The position numbers were made by a program, and so were the translations under genes. Below, in pieces: positions 18,086-27,946 of a stretch of DNA of 64,000 bases. Origin of the DNA: Alphaproteobacteria bacterium. GTDB taxonomy: Bacteria; Pseudomonadota; Alphaproteobacteria; UBA7887. Below the pieces are notes generated by a model, which was not told where the DNA came from, made no database searches, and saw only the letters and a list, made by a program, of their open reading frames with translations. Each line of letters opens with the position of its first letter. Position 1 is the first letter of the stretch. The DNA is taken from contig CBDCGL010000011.1 of NCBI GenBank assembly GCA_965216755.1, positions 32,001 through 96,000 of the forward strand, written 5' to 3'.

Positions 18086-19264
18086 TCAAGCCCAGGGGGC
18101 GTTGCGGCGGTTCTCCAGCTCTACATTGTGGATAAAGTCCGGCCCCATTTGGCGCAAGTCAGTCAAGCCTGACTGTGCCATGACGACGTCAATTTCATCA
18201 TGAAGGATTTCAATGGCGTGGGCTACGCCATCGGTTCCACCCGCGACGGCTCCATACAATGCCGGCCGGCCAACAAAAACGAACTCAGCACCAAGGCATA
18301 GCGCGATCAGCACATCCGAGCCGCGACGAATGCCACTGTCGAACATGACCGTCATACGCTCGCCAACCGCAGCTTTGATGGCTGGTAAAACTTCAAGCGG
18401 CGACGGTGCGCGGTCAAGTTGACGGGCGCCATGATTCGAGACAACGATCCCGTCAACGCCGAGCTCACTTGCCCGGATCGCGTCGCCCTTGTGCAGTATG
18501 CCCTTCAATACAAATGACCCCGGCCACAGTCTGCGAAAAGCTTCAACATCTTTCCACGTCATCGGTGCGGGAGACTGTTGTGAGATAAGGATCGCCGCCT
18601 GTTCGGCAGTTGCCCCATTGCCAGCATAGGGTGCCCAGTTCGAAAATGTCGGCATCCCGTTTCTTAGATAGCTCATCAGCCAGCGCGGGTGACGCAGCGC
18701 CTCGATCCGGGTCGACCAAGGTATGCGCAAGGGCCGTGAAAATCCGTTGCGTCTGTTGCGCTCGCGTTTCGGATGAACGGGTGCGTCCACAGTCAGAACA
18801 AGCGTTGACAGACCAGCGTCTCGGGCCCGCCTGATCATATCTTCGGAGATCGAGCGATCATGCGCGCCGTAAAGTTGATACCAACCATGGTCAGGGGCAA
18901 TTTTCCCGAGATCTTCAATTGACCCCGTGCCCGCGCCCGACATGACAAACGGCACATTTGCATCCTTGGCGGCTTGGGCAAGCATCAGGTCCGCGCCCGG
19001 CCGGAATAGGCCGGCAAGCCCAGTCGGCGCAATTCCAAATGGCGCGGCGTAATTGTGCCCAAACAAGCGCGTCTGCTGATTGCGGTGAGAAACGTCGACG
19101 AGATAACGGGGAATCAGGCGGTGCCGGCGAAACGCCGCCTGGTTGTGATTCAGACCTTCCTCGTCGTCAACGCCGCCCTCGATGTAGTCAAAAGCGATTT
19201 TCGGCAAATAGCGCTTGGCCATGTGCCGCAAATCTTCGAGATTGATTGCGTCACGTACATTCAT
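18086..19264 (-). CDS. FMN-dependent alpha-hydroxy acid oxidase/dehydrogenase (LldD/MdlB family)
   Basis: FDYIEGG.DDE, LTVD.P...RER, VVSNHGARQLD, DSGIRRGSDV, GRPALYG. Confidence 0.93.
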   Translation of the reverse strand: MNVRDAINLEDLRHMAKRYLPKIAFDYIEGGVDDEEGLNHNQAAFRRHRLIPRYLVDVSHRNQQTRLFGHNYAAPFGIAPTGLAGLFRPGADLMLAQAAKDANVPFVMSGAGTGSIEDLGKIAPDHGWYQLYGAHDRSISEDMIRRARDAGLSTLVLTVDAPVHPKRERNRRNGFSRPLRIPWSTRIEALRHPRWLMSYLRNGMPTFSNWAPYAGNGATAEQAAILISQQSPAPMTWKDVEAFRRLWPGSFVLKGILHKGDAIRASELGVDGIVVSNHGARQLDRAPSPLEVLPAIKAAVGERMTVMFDSGIRRGSDVLIALCLGAEFVFVGRPALYGAVAGGTDGVAHAIEILHDEIDVVMAQSGLTDLRQMGPDFIHNVELENRRNAPWA

Positions 19265-19415
19265 GTTCTATCGATTTGCTACAGATTTCGCGCGATTCCT
19301 CAGAAACGAATGCGCGCGAAATAGCGCATGCCGCGAATCGTGGTTGCGGTTTTTTGGTATGTCACAATTGCATCAGGCAGCTGGGCCGGCCCGGAGCAGT
19401 ATCGCGACACATGGG

Positions 19416-20315
19416 TTAATGAGCGGACTTGGCTGCCGTTTCCCCGGCTTGCGCCGCGAAGATTGACGTATATCCACCGGACCAATCGGGCGGGATCAAA
19501 CAAGGCCGCGGGTCGTGATGCGCCCATCGCGCCGGTCGGCCGCGCACGACATGACGATAGTGATTGGTCTGCGCTGGATTGTGTGTATACGCAAAGGCAT
19601 CGGCCGCCGCATAGGAATTGAGAAGAAGCGGTCGTCCATCCGCAACTGCGCTCGGCGGTGATCCATGTACCGTGCGGCAATTGTGGACGGTAATGGAGCC
19701 GGCGGGCCCGGTGAGGTATTTCACTTTCGATAGATCTAGTGCCCGGCTATCTGTTTCGCTCAAGCTGCCAGTCCACTCACCATGATCATCATATTGGTCA
19801 TAGAGTGGCCCGTCTTGACTGCCGGGGATAACCGCCACCGGCCCGTCTTTCTCGTCGGCGTCGTACAGATAGGTGCCTACAGTGAGTGGGCTATAATTTG
19901 TATGCGGGTAAAATTGAATATCTTGATGCCAGCGTACTTCGTCACCGCCATCGTGCCATTTGAAGTTCAATTTGGAGTGGTGGAAGATAACATTCGGACC
20001 GACCAGATCGGCAACCACATCTGCGATTGTATCGTTGACGAATGACCAATAAAGTTCGTGCCGCGCATCCGGTTCCTTCAAGCGCCGTACCATCGGATGA
20101 GCAGCACTGTGCCCTGGCGCCAGATCATAGACATCATTCGACGCCGTGATGTTTCTACTCTTTTCGACAAATTCGGTCGTAACAGCGCACAACCGTTCGA
20201 TCCAATCAGCAGATATCAGCTTGGGGATCACAATGTATCCCTCAGTAAAATAATGCTCCCGCTGCGCTTGACTGAGCACGCGGGGTAGGTGGGACAAAAC
20301 TTCTTCAGGCGTCAT
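19416..20315 (-). CDS. Phytanoyl-CoA dioxygenase (PhyH) family 2OG-Fe(II) oxygenase
   Basis: HHSKLNFK, WHQD, HNCRTVHGS, RPLL. Confidence 0.9.
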   Translation of the reverse strand: MTPEEVLSHLPRVLSQAQREHYFTEGYIVIPKLISADWIERLCAVTTEFVEKSRNITASNDVYDLAPGHSAAHPMVRRLKEPDARHELYWSFVNDTIADVVADLVGPNVIFHHSKLNFKWHDGGDEVRWHQDIQFYPHTNYSPLTVGTYLYDADEKDGPVAVIPGSQDGPLYDQYDDHGEWTGSLSETDSRALDLSKVKYLTGPAGSITVHNCRTVHGSPPSAVADGRPLLLNSYAAADAFAYTHNPAQTNHYRHVVRGRPARWAHHDPRPCLIPPDWSGGYTSIFAAQAGETAAKSAH

Positions 20316-20443
20316 TACATTCTTCCAAACATTTCTCGACCGTACGCGGATCTTCCGAGACGATACCAGAACGTCATTTTTCGCCAAGGCACGATGTTGT
20401 CAATGCTATCATGCCAAACGTGCCAAGGCCATATTGGGCGTTT

Positions 20444-21211
20444 CTATCGCAAGTTGAACCCTGTGCCGCAGATCGTCACGTTGCGATTCGAGAATGGCAG
20501 CCGCAGCGCGGCCGCGGTCTTGATGACCTCCGCGCGTTTCTGCGTGGTCAGGTCGACGGAACGGATGCCTGGGCCGCGACTATCGGAAATCGGGGCAAAT
20601 CGAATTGTGGCGTCGTTCAAAAGTATCGCATACATCTGATCGTGAACATGTTCGACGTTTTCGTTCAAGATTTCGCCCCATTGCGTCGACATCGCCGCGG
20701 GGTTGTCGGCGGCGATCTCAACGCCAACAATTGCGGTGACTCGGTCGGTTGCAACATTCTTGCGCCAGGTCGGCCCCGCGGGCGGCCAATCGCACATGTG
20801 ATCGTCAATTTCGATGACGCCCGGCTTCGACTCAACAGACAGGAGCACGCCGCCAATGTCGCTTGGATGAAATTGGCCGGCAACATGATCCGGCCTGTCG
20901 GTCGTCCAGATCACTCTTATGCCGAGATCCGCAATTCTTTCACGTTCGCGCGCGGCGTCGTCGGTTTGGAGTATCACCATATATCCACTGTCGCCGCCGC
21001 GCCGTTCCAAATAGCGGCCGGCTGCCGTATCTTCCTGATCGGGTGCGACGATCTCCAAGAATTCGCCGCCGACGGGCGCGACGATATTCACAAGTCCGAA
21101 AACAGCAACATTCGGATCGCGATATGCGACCTCAATGCCAAGCGTTTGCGTCAATGCTCTCGTCTGCGCTCGGATGTCGCTGGCGACCAACGCAATTTGT
21201 CTCAATCTCAT
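20444..21211 (-). CDS. VOC/glyoxalase-like family protein
   Basis: MRLRQIALVA..., FGLVN, FLEIVAP, AGRYLERRGGD.GYMVILQ, QFHP.DIGG. Confidence 0.8.
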   Translation of the reverse strand: MRLRQIALVASDIRAQTRALTQTLGIEVAYRDPNVAVFGLVNIVAPVGGEFLEIVAPDQEDTAAGRYLERRGGDSGYMVILQTDDAARERERIADLGIRVIWTTDRPDHVAGQFHPSDIGGVLLSVESKPGVIEIDDHMCDWPPAGPTWRKNVATDRVTAIVGVEIAADNPAAMSTQWGEILNENVEHVHDQMYAILLNDATIRFAPISDSRGPGIRSVDLTTQKRAEVIKTAAALRLPFSNRNVTICGTGFNLR

Positions 21212-21374
21212 AGGCCGAAACCCCAACCGCACCTGTGACGGCTATTATCCCATCATAACCGAATTTGATCCGGCGTCCGTCCAATTAGCAATCTGATTGA
21301 GCATAGCCGATTGTCTGCGTTGGCGGATAGTGAGACAATCCATCAGTTGTCTTTGCGCGGAAAGGAACCAGGCC

Positions 21375-21773
21375 ATGGCGACCGTTACGCCGAATATGCC
21401 ACAGCACGCCAAATTGCCGGCGCTTGCCTCGCGCTATGTCGAACCGGATGAGCTTGAGTGGTTGCCGACGCGTTTCGCGGGGATCGACGTCAAAGTGCTG
21501 ATGCACGATGAAGACCGTGGTGTGATGACGGCCCTTTTTCGTTGGGCGCCGGGTGCGACTTTGCCGGACCATGTCCACCAAGATCTGGAACAGACTTTTG
21601 TTCTTGAAGGCAGCCTAGAGGATGATGAAGGTGTCGCAGGCCCAGGTGGGTTCGTTTGGCGGCCAAAGGGTAGTCGTCACGATGCTCGATCGCGAGATGG
21701 TGCCATCACATTGTCCGTATTCCTGCAACCAAACAGGTTCATTGGCGATGAGGCCGGCGGAGGCACGGTATGA
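21375..21773 (+). CDS. Cupin domain protein (ChrR-like)
   Basis: PGATLPDHVH..LEQTFVLEGSL.D...FVWRPKGSRH. Confidence 0.85.
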   Translation: MATVTPNMPQHAKLPALASRYVEPDELEWLPTRFAGIDVKVLMHDEDRGVMTALFRWAPGATLPDHVHQDLEQTFVLEGSLEDDEGVAGPGGFVWRPKGSRHDARSRDGAITLSVFLQPNRFIGDEAGGGTV

Positions 21774-21821
21774 CGGCCACATGTGTGCATCGCGTGGCTT
21801 TGATGGCGGAGGGCAATTGGG

Positions 21822-22661
21822 ATGAGTTATAGCGACATTATCTACGAAAAAGAGGGACCGGTCCTCACGATCACTTTGAACCGACCTGATAGCCTGAATG
21901 CCTGGACATATCAGATGGAATCGGACGTGCGTGACGCGATGATAGAAGCGTCGCGCGATGACAGCGTGCGGGTCATCCTGCTCACCGGGGCGGGCCGCGG
22001 CTTTTGTGCCGGTGCCGACATGAGCATGCTGGGTGATATCCAAGACGAGTCAGAATCGTTGCGCGGGCGGTTGCGTGGCGTGTCGACGATCGACAATGCT
22101 ATTCCTGGCGGCCTTGTTCTGCCGGACGGATTCAGTCTGCGCTACGCCTATTTTCCAACGGTGCCCAAACCGATCCTATGTGCGGTCAATGGCCCATGCG
22201 CCGGGCTCGGTCTGGTCATGGCACTCTATTGCGATATGCGATTTGCCTCAACCGACGCTATCTTTACAACCGCGTTTTCGCGCCGCGGGCTGATCGCTGA
22301 GCATGGCATTTCATGGATGTTGCCGGCTCTTGTCGGGCATGCGCATGCGTTGGACCTTCTCTTGTCAGCGCGGCGCGTTGGCGCGCAAGAAGCCAAGGAA
22401 ATGGGCTTGGTCAATCGCGTCATTTCGCCGGACACCTTTCTACAAGAGTGCCGCGCCTATGCCGCGGAGCTGGCGACGAAGGTCTCGCCGCGATCGATTC
22501 GGGTGATGAAATCGCAAGTCTATAGCGCTTTGCATCAATCTTTGGCCCACGCCATCCTTCGTGCCAATAGCGAGATGCCGGCCAGTTTTGATTCGGAAGA
22601 TTTCAAAGAGGGTGTGGCACACTTCGTCGAGAAGCGCGCACCAGATTTTCCAGGTCGTTGA
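21822..22661 (+). CDS. Enoyl-CoA hydratase/isomerase
   Basis: ITLNRPD.LNA, GRGFCAGADM, PKPILCAVNGPCAG, DFKEGVAHFVEKRAP. Confidence 0.92.
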   Translation: MSYSDIIYEKEGPVLTITLNRPDSLNAWTYQMESDVRDAMIEASRDDSVRVILLTGAGRGFCAGADMSMLGDIQDESESLRGRLRGVSTIDNAIPGGLVLPDGFSLRYAYFPTVPKPILCAVNGPCAGLGLVMALYCDMRFASTDAIFTTAFSRRGLIAEHGISWMLPALVGHAHALDLLLSARRVGAQEAKEMGLVNRVISPDTFLQECRAYAAELATKVSPRSIRVMKSQVYSALHQSLAHAILRANSEMPASFDSEDFKEGVAHFVEKRAPDFPGR

Positions 22662-22679
22662 GGCGTTGAGGGTCACGAA

Positions 22680-23114
22680 ATGACGGACGCTATCCGTGGG
22701 TTCGATCATGTGGTCGTTATGGCCGGTGATTTCGATCGGTCACTGGCATTCTATCGAGATGTGCTCGGCGGTCGCCCACGTTTCGAGGCGGTGTATCTGG
22801 ACGGACGATTGAAGTCGCTGCCAATCGTTCTCGGCGGTGCGGTCATAAATTTACAAAAAGTGGATGATCCAGCCCATATTGTCGCCAACCGGATTGAAAC
22901 TGGGACGGTCGATGTGTGTTTTCGTTGGGATGACACGATCGAGGCCGCGGTCCGTTTCCTCGCGGCGCGCGGCGTTAAGATCGTCGAAGGACCGGTTCCC
23001 CGTTGTGCCGCCAACGGCGTGTGGGGTTTGTCGGTCTATTTTCGCGACCCGGACGGAAATTTGCTGGAATTCCTATCAACTGCCGAACCTTCCGAACCAT
23101 TGTTTACTGAGTGA
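22680..23114 (+). CDS. VOC family protein
   Basis: FDHVV...SLAFYRDVLG; SVYFRDPDGNLLEF. Confidence 0.88.
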   Translation: MTDAIRGFDHVVVMAGDFDRSLAFYRDVLGGRPRFEAVYLDGRLKSLPIVLGGAVINLQKVDDPAHIVANRIETGTVDVCFRWDDTIEAAVRFLAARGVKIVEGPVPRCAANGVWGLSVYFRDPDGNLLEFLSTAEPSEPLFTE

Positions 23115-23135
23115 TGTTGGCCTTCGCCGCCGGCG

Positions 23136-24047
23136 TTAGAGCAGTGTAAGTATCGCTTCGGCGAAGCTGTCTGGGACCTCCTGGGGAACATTATGCCCGA
23201 CATTGGGAAGCACGCGACGTTCATACGGGCCATCAAAGTAACGTGCATGACGGGCTGATTCACTGGCGATAGCGACGCCATCATCGGCACCGTGCAACAC
23301 AATCGTTGGCACAGTAATTTTCGGCTGCTTCGCCAATTCGGCCTCAATTTCGTCGAATGCAGGGTCGCCGACCGCATAGCCAAATCGATGTCGATAGGAA
23401 TGGACAACGACATCGACAAAATCCGGATTGTCAAATGACGAGGCTGTGGCGTCAAATGTGGCCTGATCGAATGCCCAAGTTGGTGACCAGAGTCGCCACA
23501 ACAGATGACAAAGCTCACGTCGATTCTGTGCCAGGCCGCGGCGGCCACGCTCGGTATGAAAATAGTATTGGTACCAATATCGGTATTCGGCGTCAGGCCG
23601 GGCCGGTTCCACGGACGTCGAGATATTCTGAATATTGTATCCCATGCAACTGACGAGTGCGCGCACGCGGTCGGGCCATAGCGCCGAAACAATGCACGCG
23701 GCGCGGCCACCCCAATCATATCCGGCCAATAAAGCTTGATGCACATTCAGCGCATCAAGCAACTGCACCAAATCGTGTCCCAGCGCCGCTTGTTGGCCAG
23801 ATCTTGGCGTATCGCCTGCCAGAAACAGCGTTTCGCCAAAGCCGCGCAAATATGGAACGATCGTCCGCACACCTTCGGCCGATAGGCGCTCGACAACACC
23901 GTCGTAGGCGCGCGGGTCGTGGGGAAAACCGTGGAGTAGAACTACGGTCTCGCCCCGTGCAGAGCCGTTCTCTTCGAACGCGATTTCAAGATTCGTCGTT
24001 CGGATTTTTTGCACGACTGCCCTGTTCGCGATACGACTCTTTCCCAT
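23136..24047 (-). CDS. Alpha/beta hydrolase (epoxide hydrolase-like)
   Basis: LLHGFP, PYLRGFG, GYDWGG nucleophile elbow, GHNVPQE. Confidence 0.9.
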   Translation of the reverse strand: MGKSRIANRAVVQKIRTTNLEIAFEENGSARGETVVLLHGFPHDPRAYDGVVERLSAEGVRTIVPYLRGFGETLFLAGDTPRSGQQAALGHDLVQLLDALNVHQALLAGYDWGGRAACIVSALWPDRVRALVSCMGYNIQNISTSVEPARPDAEYRYWYQYYFHTERGRRGLAQNRRELCHLLWRLWSPTWAFDQATFDATASSFDNPDFVDVVVHSYRHRFGYAVGDPAFDEIEAELAKQPKITVPTIVLHGADDGVAIASESARHARYFDGPYERRVLPNVGHNVPQEVPDSFAEAILTLL

Positions 24048-24097
24048 TTTCTCTATCGGTCTTGTGTCAATATTGTATTTTCAAAGGCAACAATCCG

Positions 24098-25021
24098 CTA
24101 TTCGGCACGCCTCCAAATATCGAGCAGTGTCCGAAGCGCGGCGACAAAGGCCAAAGGCTGATCCAGTGTCACGTGATGTTGGGCCTGCGGTATCTCAACG
24201 ATTGGCGCTTCCGGGCCCATCAGCGTGGACATGTAGTCCGCCGTATCCCGCGAAACCAGCTTGCTTTGTTGGCCAAATATCAGTGCGGCCCGACATTGTA
24301 CCGCTTGCAGATATTCATGGAACGGCTCGCCGAAACGTCGCAGGCCCATGGCCGCCGGATCAAACTTCCAGGTCCACCCTTGGTCGGTGCATTTCAACGA
24401 ATGGCGACCGATATACTCAACCAGAAAGTCGTTTTGGCATGGTTGTTCCGGCATCAATCGAAACCGCGCCAAAGCGGCGTCGAAACTTTGGTAAAAGCGT
24501 TGCCGACCAAACGGTGGGCGCTTGCGCCCGCGGGTTTCTTGGGTTGGCACGCGGATTGGCGAATCGACAATGACCGCGCCGGCAATCTCGTGGCCAAACA
24601 AGGCTCCGAATTTCATCGTCATGAAGCCGCCAAAACTGTGGCCAACGACAAACGGGCTGGCGCCGAGGTCGGCATCTTGAATGACCGCACGCATTTCCGT
24701 GGCGCGACCTTCCGCCGAGTATTCGGCGCGGCGGTTGCTATCACCCATGCCGGCCAGGTCAACCGCGGCGATGCGATAGTCACGTGTCAAGAACGGTGCG
24801 ACAAAACTCCACCAATGCGCATGGGCGCCGCCGCCGTGGACGAACAGCACGCCGCGCCGGGTCGCGGCTTGGGTATCTTCGGGCCAGAACAAGTAGTGAA
24901 TTTGGCAACCTTCAACGTCGACAAATCTTGAGAACCGCGGTCGGGCAATCGCCCAATTAAACCATTCCGGCGCCGTCGCGCGCACGGCAAGGTGGTCATG
25001 TCGCGCGGCGGGTTGGGTCAC
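24098..25021 (-). CDS. Alpha/beta hydrolase
   Basis: FVHGGGAHAHWW, DLAGMGDS, GHSFGG, HHVTLDQP; GTG start overlaps SDR stop (GTGA). Confidence 0.88.
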   Translation of the reverse strand: MTQPAARHDHLAVRATAPEWFNWAIARPRFSRFVDVEGCQIHYLFWPEDTQAATRRGVLFVHGGGAHAHWWSFVAPFLTRDYRIAAVDLAGMGDSNRRAEYSAEGRATEMRAVIQDADLGASPFVVGHSFGGFMTMKFGALFGHEIAGAVIVDSPIRVPTQETRGRKRPPFGRQRFYQSFDAALARFRLMPEQPCQNDFLVEYIGRHSLKCTDQGWTWKFDPAAMGLRRFGEPFHEYLQAVQCRAALIFGQQSKLVSRDTADYMSTLMGPEAPIVEIPQAQHHVTLDQPLAFVAALRTLLDIWRRAE

Positions 25022-25728
25022 CAAACTTCGCCGAACGGCCGGATTTCCACGCGAAACGACCATGCCGACCGATCTTGATGCGCGACATGAAATATCTCGT
25101 CGGCAATGGCCGCAGGTTCGGCAAAAAACTCATCGGGTTTGTCCGGTGCCAGGATTGGCCGTGTCCGGGGCGTATTGATTGACGCGTCGACGATAATATA
25201 GGCCACGTGAATACCCTTCGGGCCAAATTCTCGCGCGATCGATTCCGCGAGAATGCGCTGCGCCGCTTTGGTCGAGGCGAAGAACCCCCAATGCGCCTTG
25301 CCGCGAGTGGCCGAAGTATTGCCGGTGACAATGATCGCTCCCTTTCCGGCATCCAACATGGCTGGAATTGTTTCGCGTGCGAGATGCAGAAGGGCTGTTG
25401 CATTGACTCGGAAGTTCCGTTCCAAATCGTCGGGATCTAGCTCGAGGATGCTGCCGCGCACCGACCGTAACGCATTGTGTACAACTACGGCCGGCGGCCC
25501 AAGGTCCGATCGGACCTGCGCGATTGTGGCTTTTAAGCGGTCAAGATCGCTCACGTCGCACGGAAACGCCTTCGCACCGTCGATGGCCTTTTCCAGCGCG
25601 GCCAAACGTGCGCTATCCCGTGCCAGCATGGCTACATTGTAGCCGCCTGCGGCAAAACGTCGCGTAATTTCGGCACCGGTACCTTTGTCCGGACCGACTC
25701 CCGTGACGAGACAGACAGGTTGTTCCAA
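25018..25728 (-). CDS. SDR family oxidoreductase (FxxxK variant)
   Basis: RBS GAGGAGG + TTG 25728; CLVTGVG..GTG; VHNA; FASTKAAQR; GIHVAY. Confidence 0.85.
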   Translation of the reverse strand: MEQPVCLVTGVGPDKGTGAEITRRFAAGGYNVAMLARDSARLAALEKAIDGAKAFPCDVSDLDRLKATIAQVRSDLGPPAVVVHNALRSVRGSILELDPDDLERNFRVNATALLHLARETIPAMLDAGKGAIIVTGNTSATRGKAHWGFFASTKAAQRILAESIAREFGPKGIHVAYIIVDASINTPRTRPILAPDKPDEFFAEPAAIADEIFHVAHQDRSAWSFRVEIRPFGEVW

Positions 25729-25783
25729 CTTGACCTCCTCGAAAGGCATCTGGGGCGGCGTTGACCAATGCATCACCGGTGTC

Positions 25784-26521
25784 TCAGCGTTCGACAGGCG
25801 TGTTCCGAATACCGCCAAAAACTTGCTCCGTGGGAACGATCTCAAGGGTTGAGATGTTGACGCGCCAAGGTGCGTTGATCGCATACATGATGGCTTCTGC
25901 GATATCCTCGGCGCGCAGTTCATTGAATGAACCGTAGGTCCGTGCTGCCACGTCGGCCCCAGCGGCCTGCTCCAAGAATTCCGTGACCACCCGACCTGGA
26001 CAAATCTCGGTCATGCGGACGCCGGAACCCTCAAGTTCCAAACGCAAGTTTTGACACGCCAGATGCACGGCGCCCTTTGACGCACCATAAATCGGCGATT
26101 GGATCGGATAGAGACCGGCGACGGAGCCAATATTGACGATGTGGCCACGTTTGCGGGTGGTCATGCCGGGCGCGACCGCGCGCAAGACATGGAGGAAGGC
26201 GGTGACATTGGTCTCGATCGTGAGGTCAATATCTTCGGGTTGTGCTTCCAAAAAGCTTGCCATGCCACGACCGAGGCCGGCATTGTTTACCAAAACATCA
26301 ATCTTCCGATTGCCGAGCACTTCGTAGACCTTTTCGGTATCGCGTAGATCCATCGCCAACGGCGTCGCACCGGTCTCTGTAGCGAGGTCGTCGAGTCGAT
26401 CGACCCGTCGGGCCATTGCTGTTACGTCAAGCCCTTTCGCCGCCAATGCGCGCACAGTTGCCGCGCCGATGCCAGATGATGCGCCGGTCACCAGAGCGGT
26501 GCGATAGTTTGAGGTTGTCAC
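25784..26521 (-). CDS. SDR family oxidoreductase (YdfG-like)
   Basis: TGASSGIG, LVNNAG, NIGS, YGASK. Confidence 0.92.
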   Translation of the reverse strand: MTTSNYRTALVTGASSGIGAATVRALAAKGLDVTAMARRVDRLDDLATETGATPLAMDLRDTEKVYEVLGNRKIDVLVNNAGLGRGMASFLEAQPEDIDLTIETNVTAFLHVLRAVAPGMTTRKRGHIVNIGSVAGLYPIQSPIYGASKGAVHLACQNLRLELEGSGVRMTEICPGRVVTEFLEQAAGADVAARTYGSFNELRAEDIAEAIMYAINAPWRVNISTLEIVPTEQVFGGIRNTPVER

Positions 26522-26551
26522 ATTGTCCTCCTTCCGACTGGCATCTATCGA

Positions 26552-27652
26552 CTACAGGTCGACCATATTTGCTTTGACCACATCTTCGTTCCAATCGAGC
26601 CCCAATCCCGGGCGACTGGGAACATGCAGCTTGCTGTCCTTTACTTCATAGGGTTGCTGCAAAATCGGTTCCGCCCAATCCTGCCACTCCAACCAATGGG
26701 CTGTCTCAGTCACCCGCATCACGTGAGCGGCGACTTCCGGGTAAAGGTGGGTCGACACGGGCGTGCCGATAGCGCCGGCGATCGGCACGGACCGTAACCA
26801 ACCGGTTACACCACCAATTCGCATGAAATCGGGCATCACAAAATCGCATGCATCGATGGCCAGCGCTTTGTGCATGTCGCGCGGGCCATAGAAATTCTCG
26901 CCGATCTGAAGCGGTGTCTTCAAGTCCGCGGCAAGCTTCGCGTAGCCCGCAAAGTTATCGTAGACGATCGGTTCTTCCAGCCAGGCCAGGCCAAGGTCGT
27001 CGATGGCGTGGCAGCGTTGAAGCGCCTCAGCCATGTCGAGACCTTGATTGAAGTCGATCATCAGGTTCATATCGAGACCGACCGCGTCGCGCACGGCGGC
27101 GATCGTCGCCAAATCGTCGGTGAGTTTCTCTCGGCCAAGCCGCAATTTAAGGCCAGCAAACCCACCCTGATCTCGCAGTTCCACTGCTTCGGCCGCGACT
27201 TCCGCCGGCTCGCGGAGCCAAAGTCCGTTGCTGTTATAAGCTCGCACAGGTCCGACACTGCCGCCCAACAACACGCATAGCGGGACATCCAAAGCACGTG
27301 CCAAAGCGTCCCAAACCGCCATGTCCAGACCCGACGCGGCGATCATGGATAGGCCTTCATAGCCAACGAAGTGAAGCGACTTCTGCGCCGCCGCAAATGT
27401 GTCGTATGGCGCCAAGTGACGGCCTTTAAGCATATCGCCCAAATCCTTGAGCGCCGGCACCAGATAGCGCATCGACTTTGGAACATAAGGTTCGAGATAG
27501 GCCCGCCCGGTAACCCCTTCCTCAGTGTGGAGGTCGATCAGGATCAACGGCCAGTCCGGAATTGTTGCGATCCGGGCTACGACTGTGCGCGGTAGCTTCA
27601 GAAGTACCGGACGTGCGTCAATCGCCCGAAGGGTCAGCGGCTCTATTCTCAT
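26552..27652 (-). CDS. Mandelate racemase-like enolase superfamily protein
   Basis: MIDFNQ, WLEEP, IGENF, MPDFMRIGGVTGW, STHL; K-x-R in place of K-x-K. Confidence 0.9.
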   Translation of the reverse strand: MRIEPLTLRAIDARPVLLKLPRTVVARIATIPDWPLILIDLHTEEGVTGRAYLEPYVPKSMRYLVPALKDLGDMLKGRHLAPYDTFAAAQKSLHFVGYEGLSMIAASGLDMAVWDALARALDVPLCVLLGGSVGPVRAYNSNGLWLREPAEVAAEAVELRDQGGFAGLKLRLGREKLTDDLATIAAVRDAVGLDMNLMIDFNQGLDMAEALQRCHAIDDLGLAWLEEPIVYDNFAGYAKLAADLKTPLQIGENFYGPRDMHKALAIDACDFVMPDFMRIGGVTGWLRSVPIAGAIGTPVSTHLYPEVAAHVMRVTETAHWLEWQDWAEPILQQPYEVKDSKLHVPSRPGLGLDWNEDVVKANMVDL

Positions 27653-27946
27653 GGGTAGCCAGTCTCATGCTGCATGATTGCGAAGTGCCGTCGAATGGCA
27701 CGGCTGTGGCGATTCGTCGGCGAAGCCGACCCATGCATTCTAACAGACTGAGCGGCATTTCGGTACTCCCACGCCGGATGACAGCCATGAAGCTGCGGCA
27801 TTGCGCGGCCCTTGCGTGGGCCAAAAGGGGGGGCTCACCAGTGTTTACAGATCAGGTCTGAGTTTGTGACGCTTGTGATTGCGGTTTCTGACGCATAGCG
27901 TCCGGTCTAACGAATGGCCCTGCAGGAACAAAAGGGGATCGACGGC

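Noticed and set aside
25250-25290. SDR lacking catalytic Tyr (FASTK) as a pseudogene
   Set aside because: ORF is intact, and FxxxK is a known SDR subfamily variant.
27696-27712. Sigma54 promoter TGGCACGGCTGTGGC
   Set aside because: The -12 element is not TTGC and no activator is nearby; too weak.
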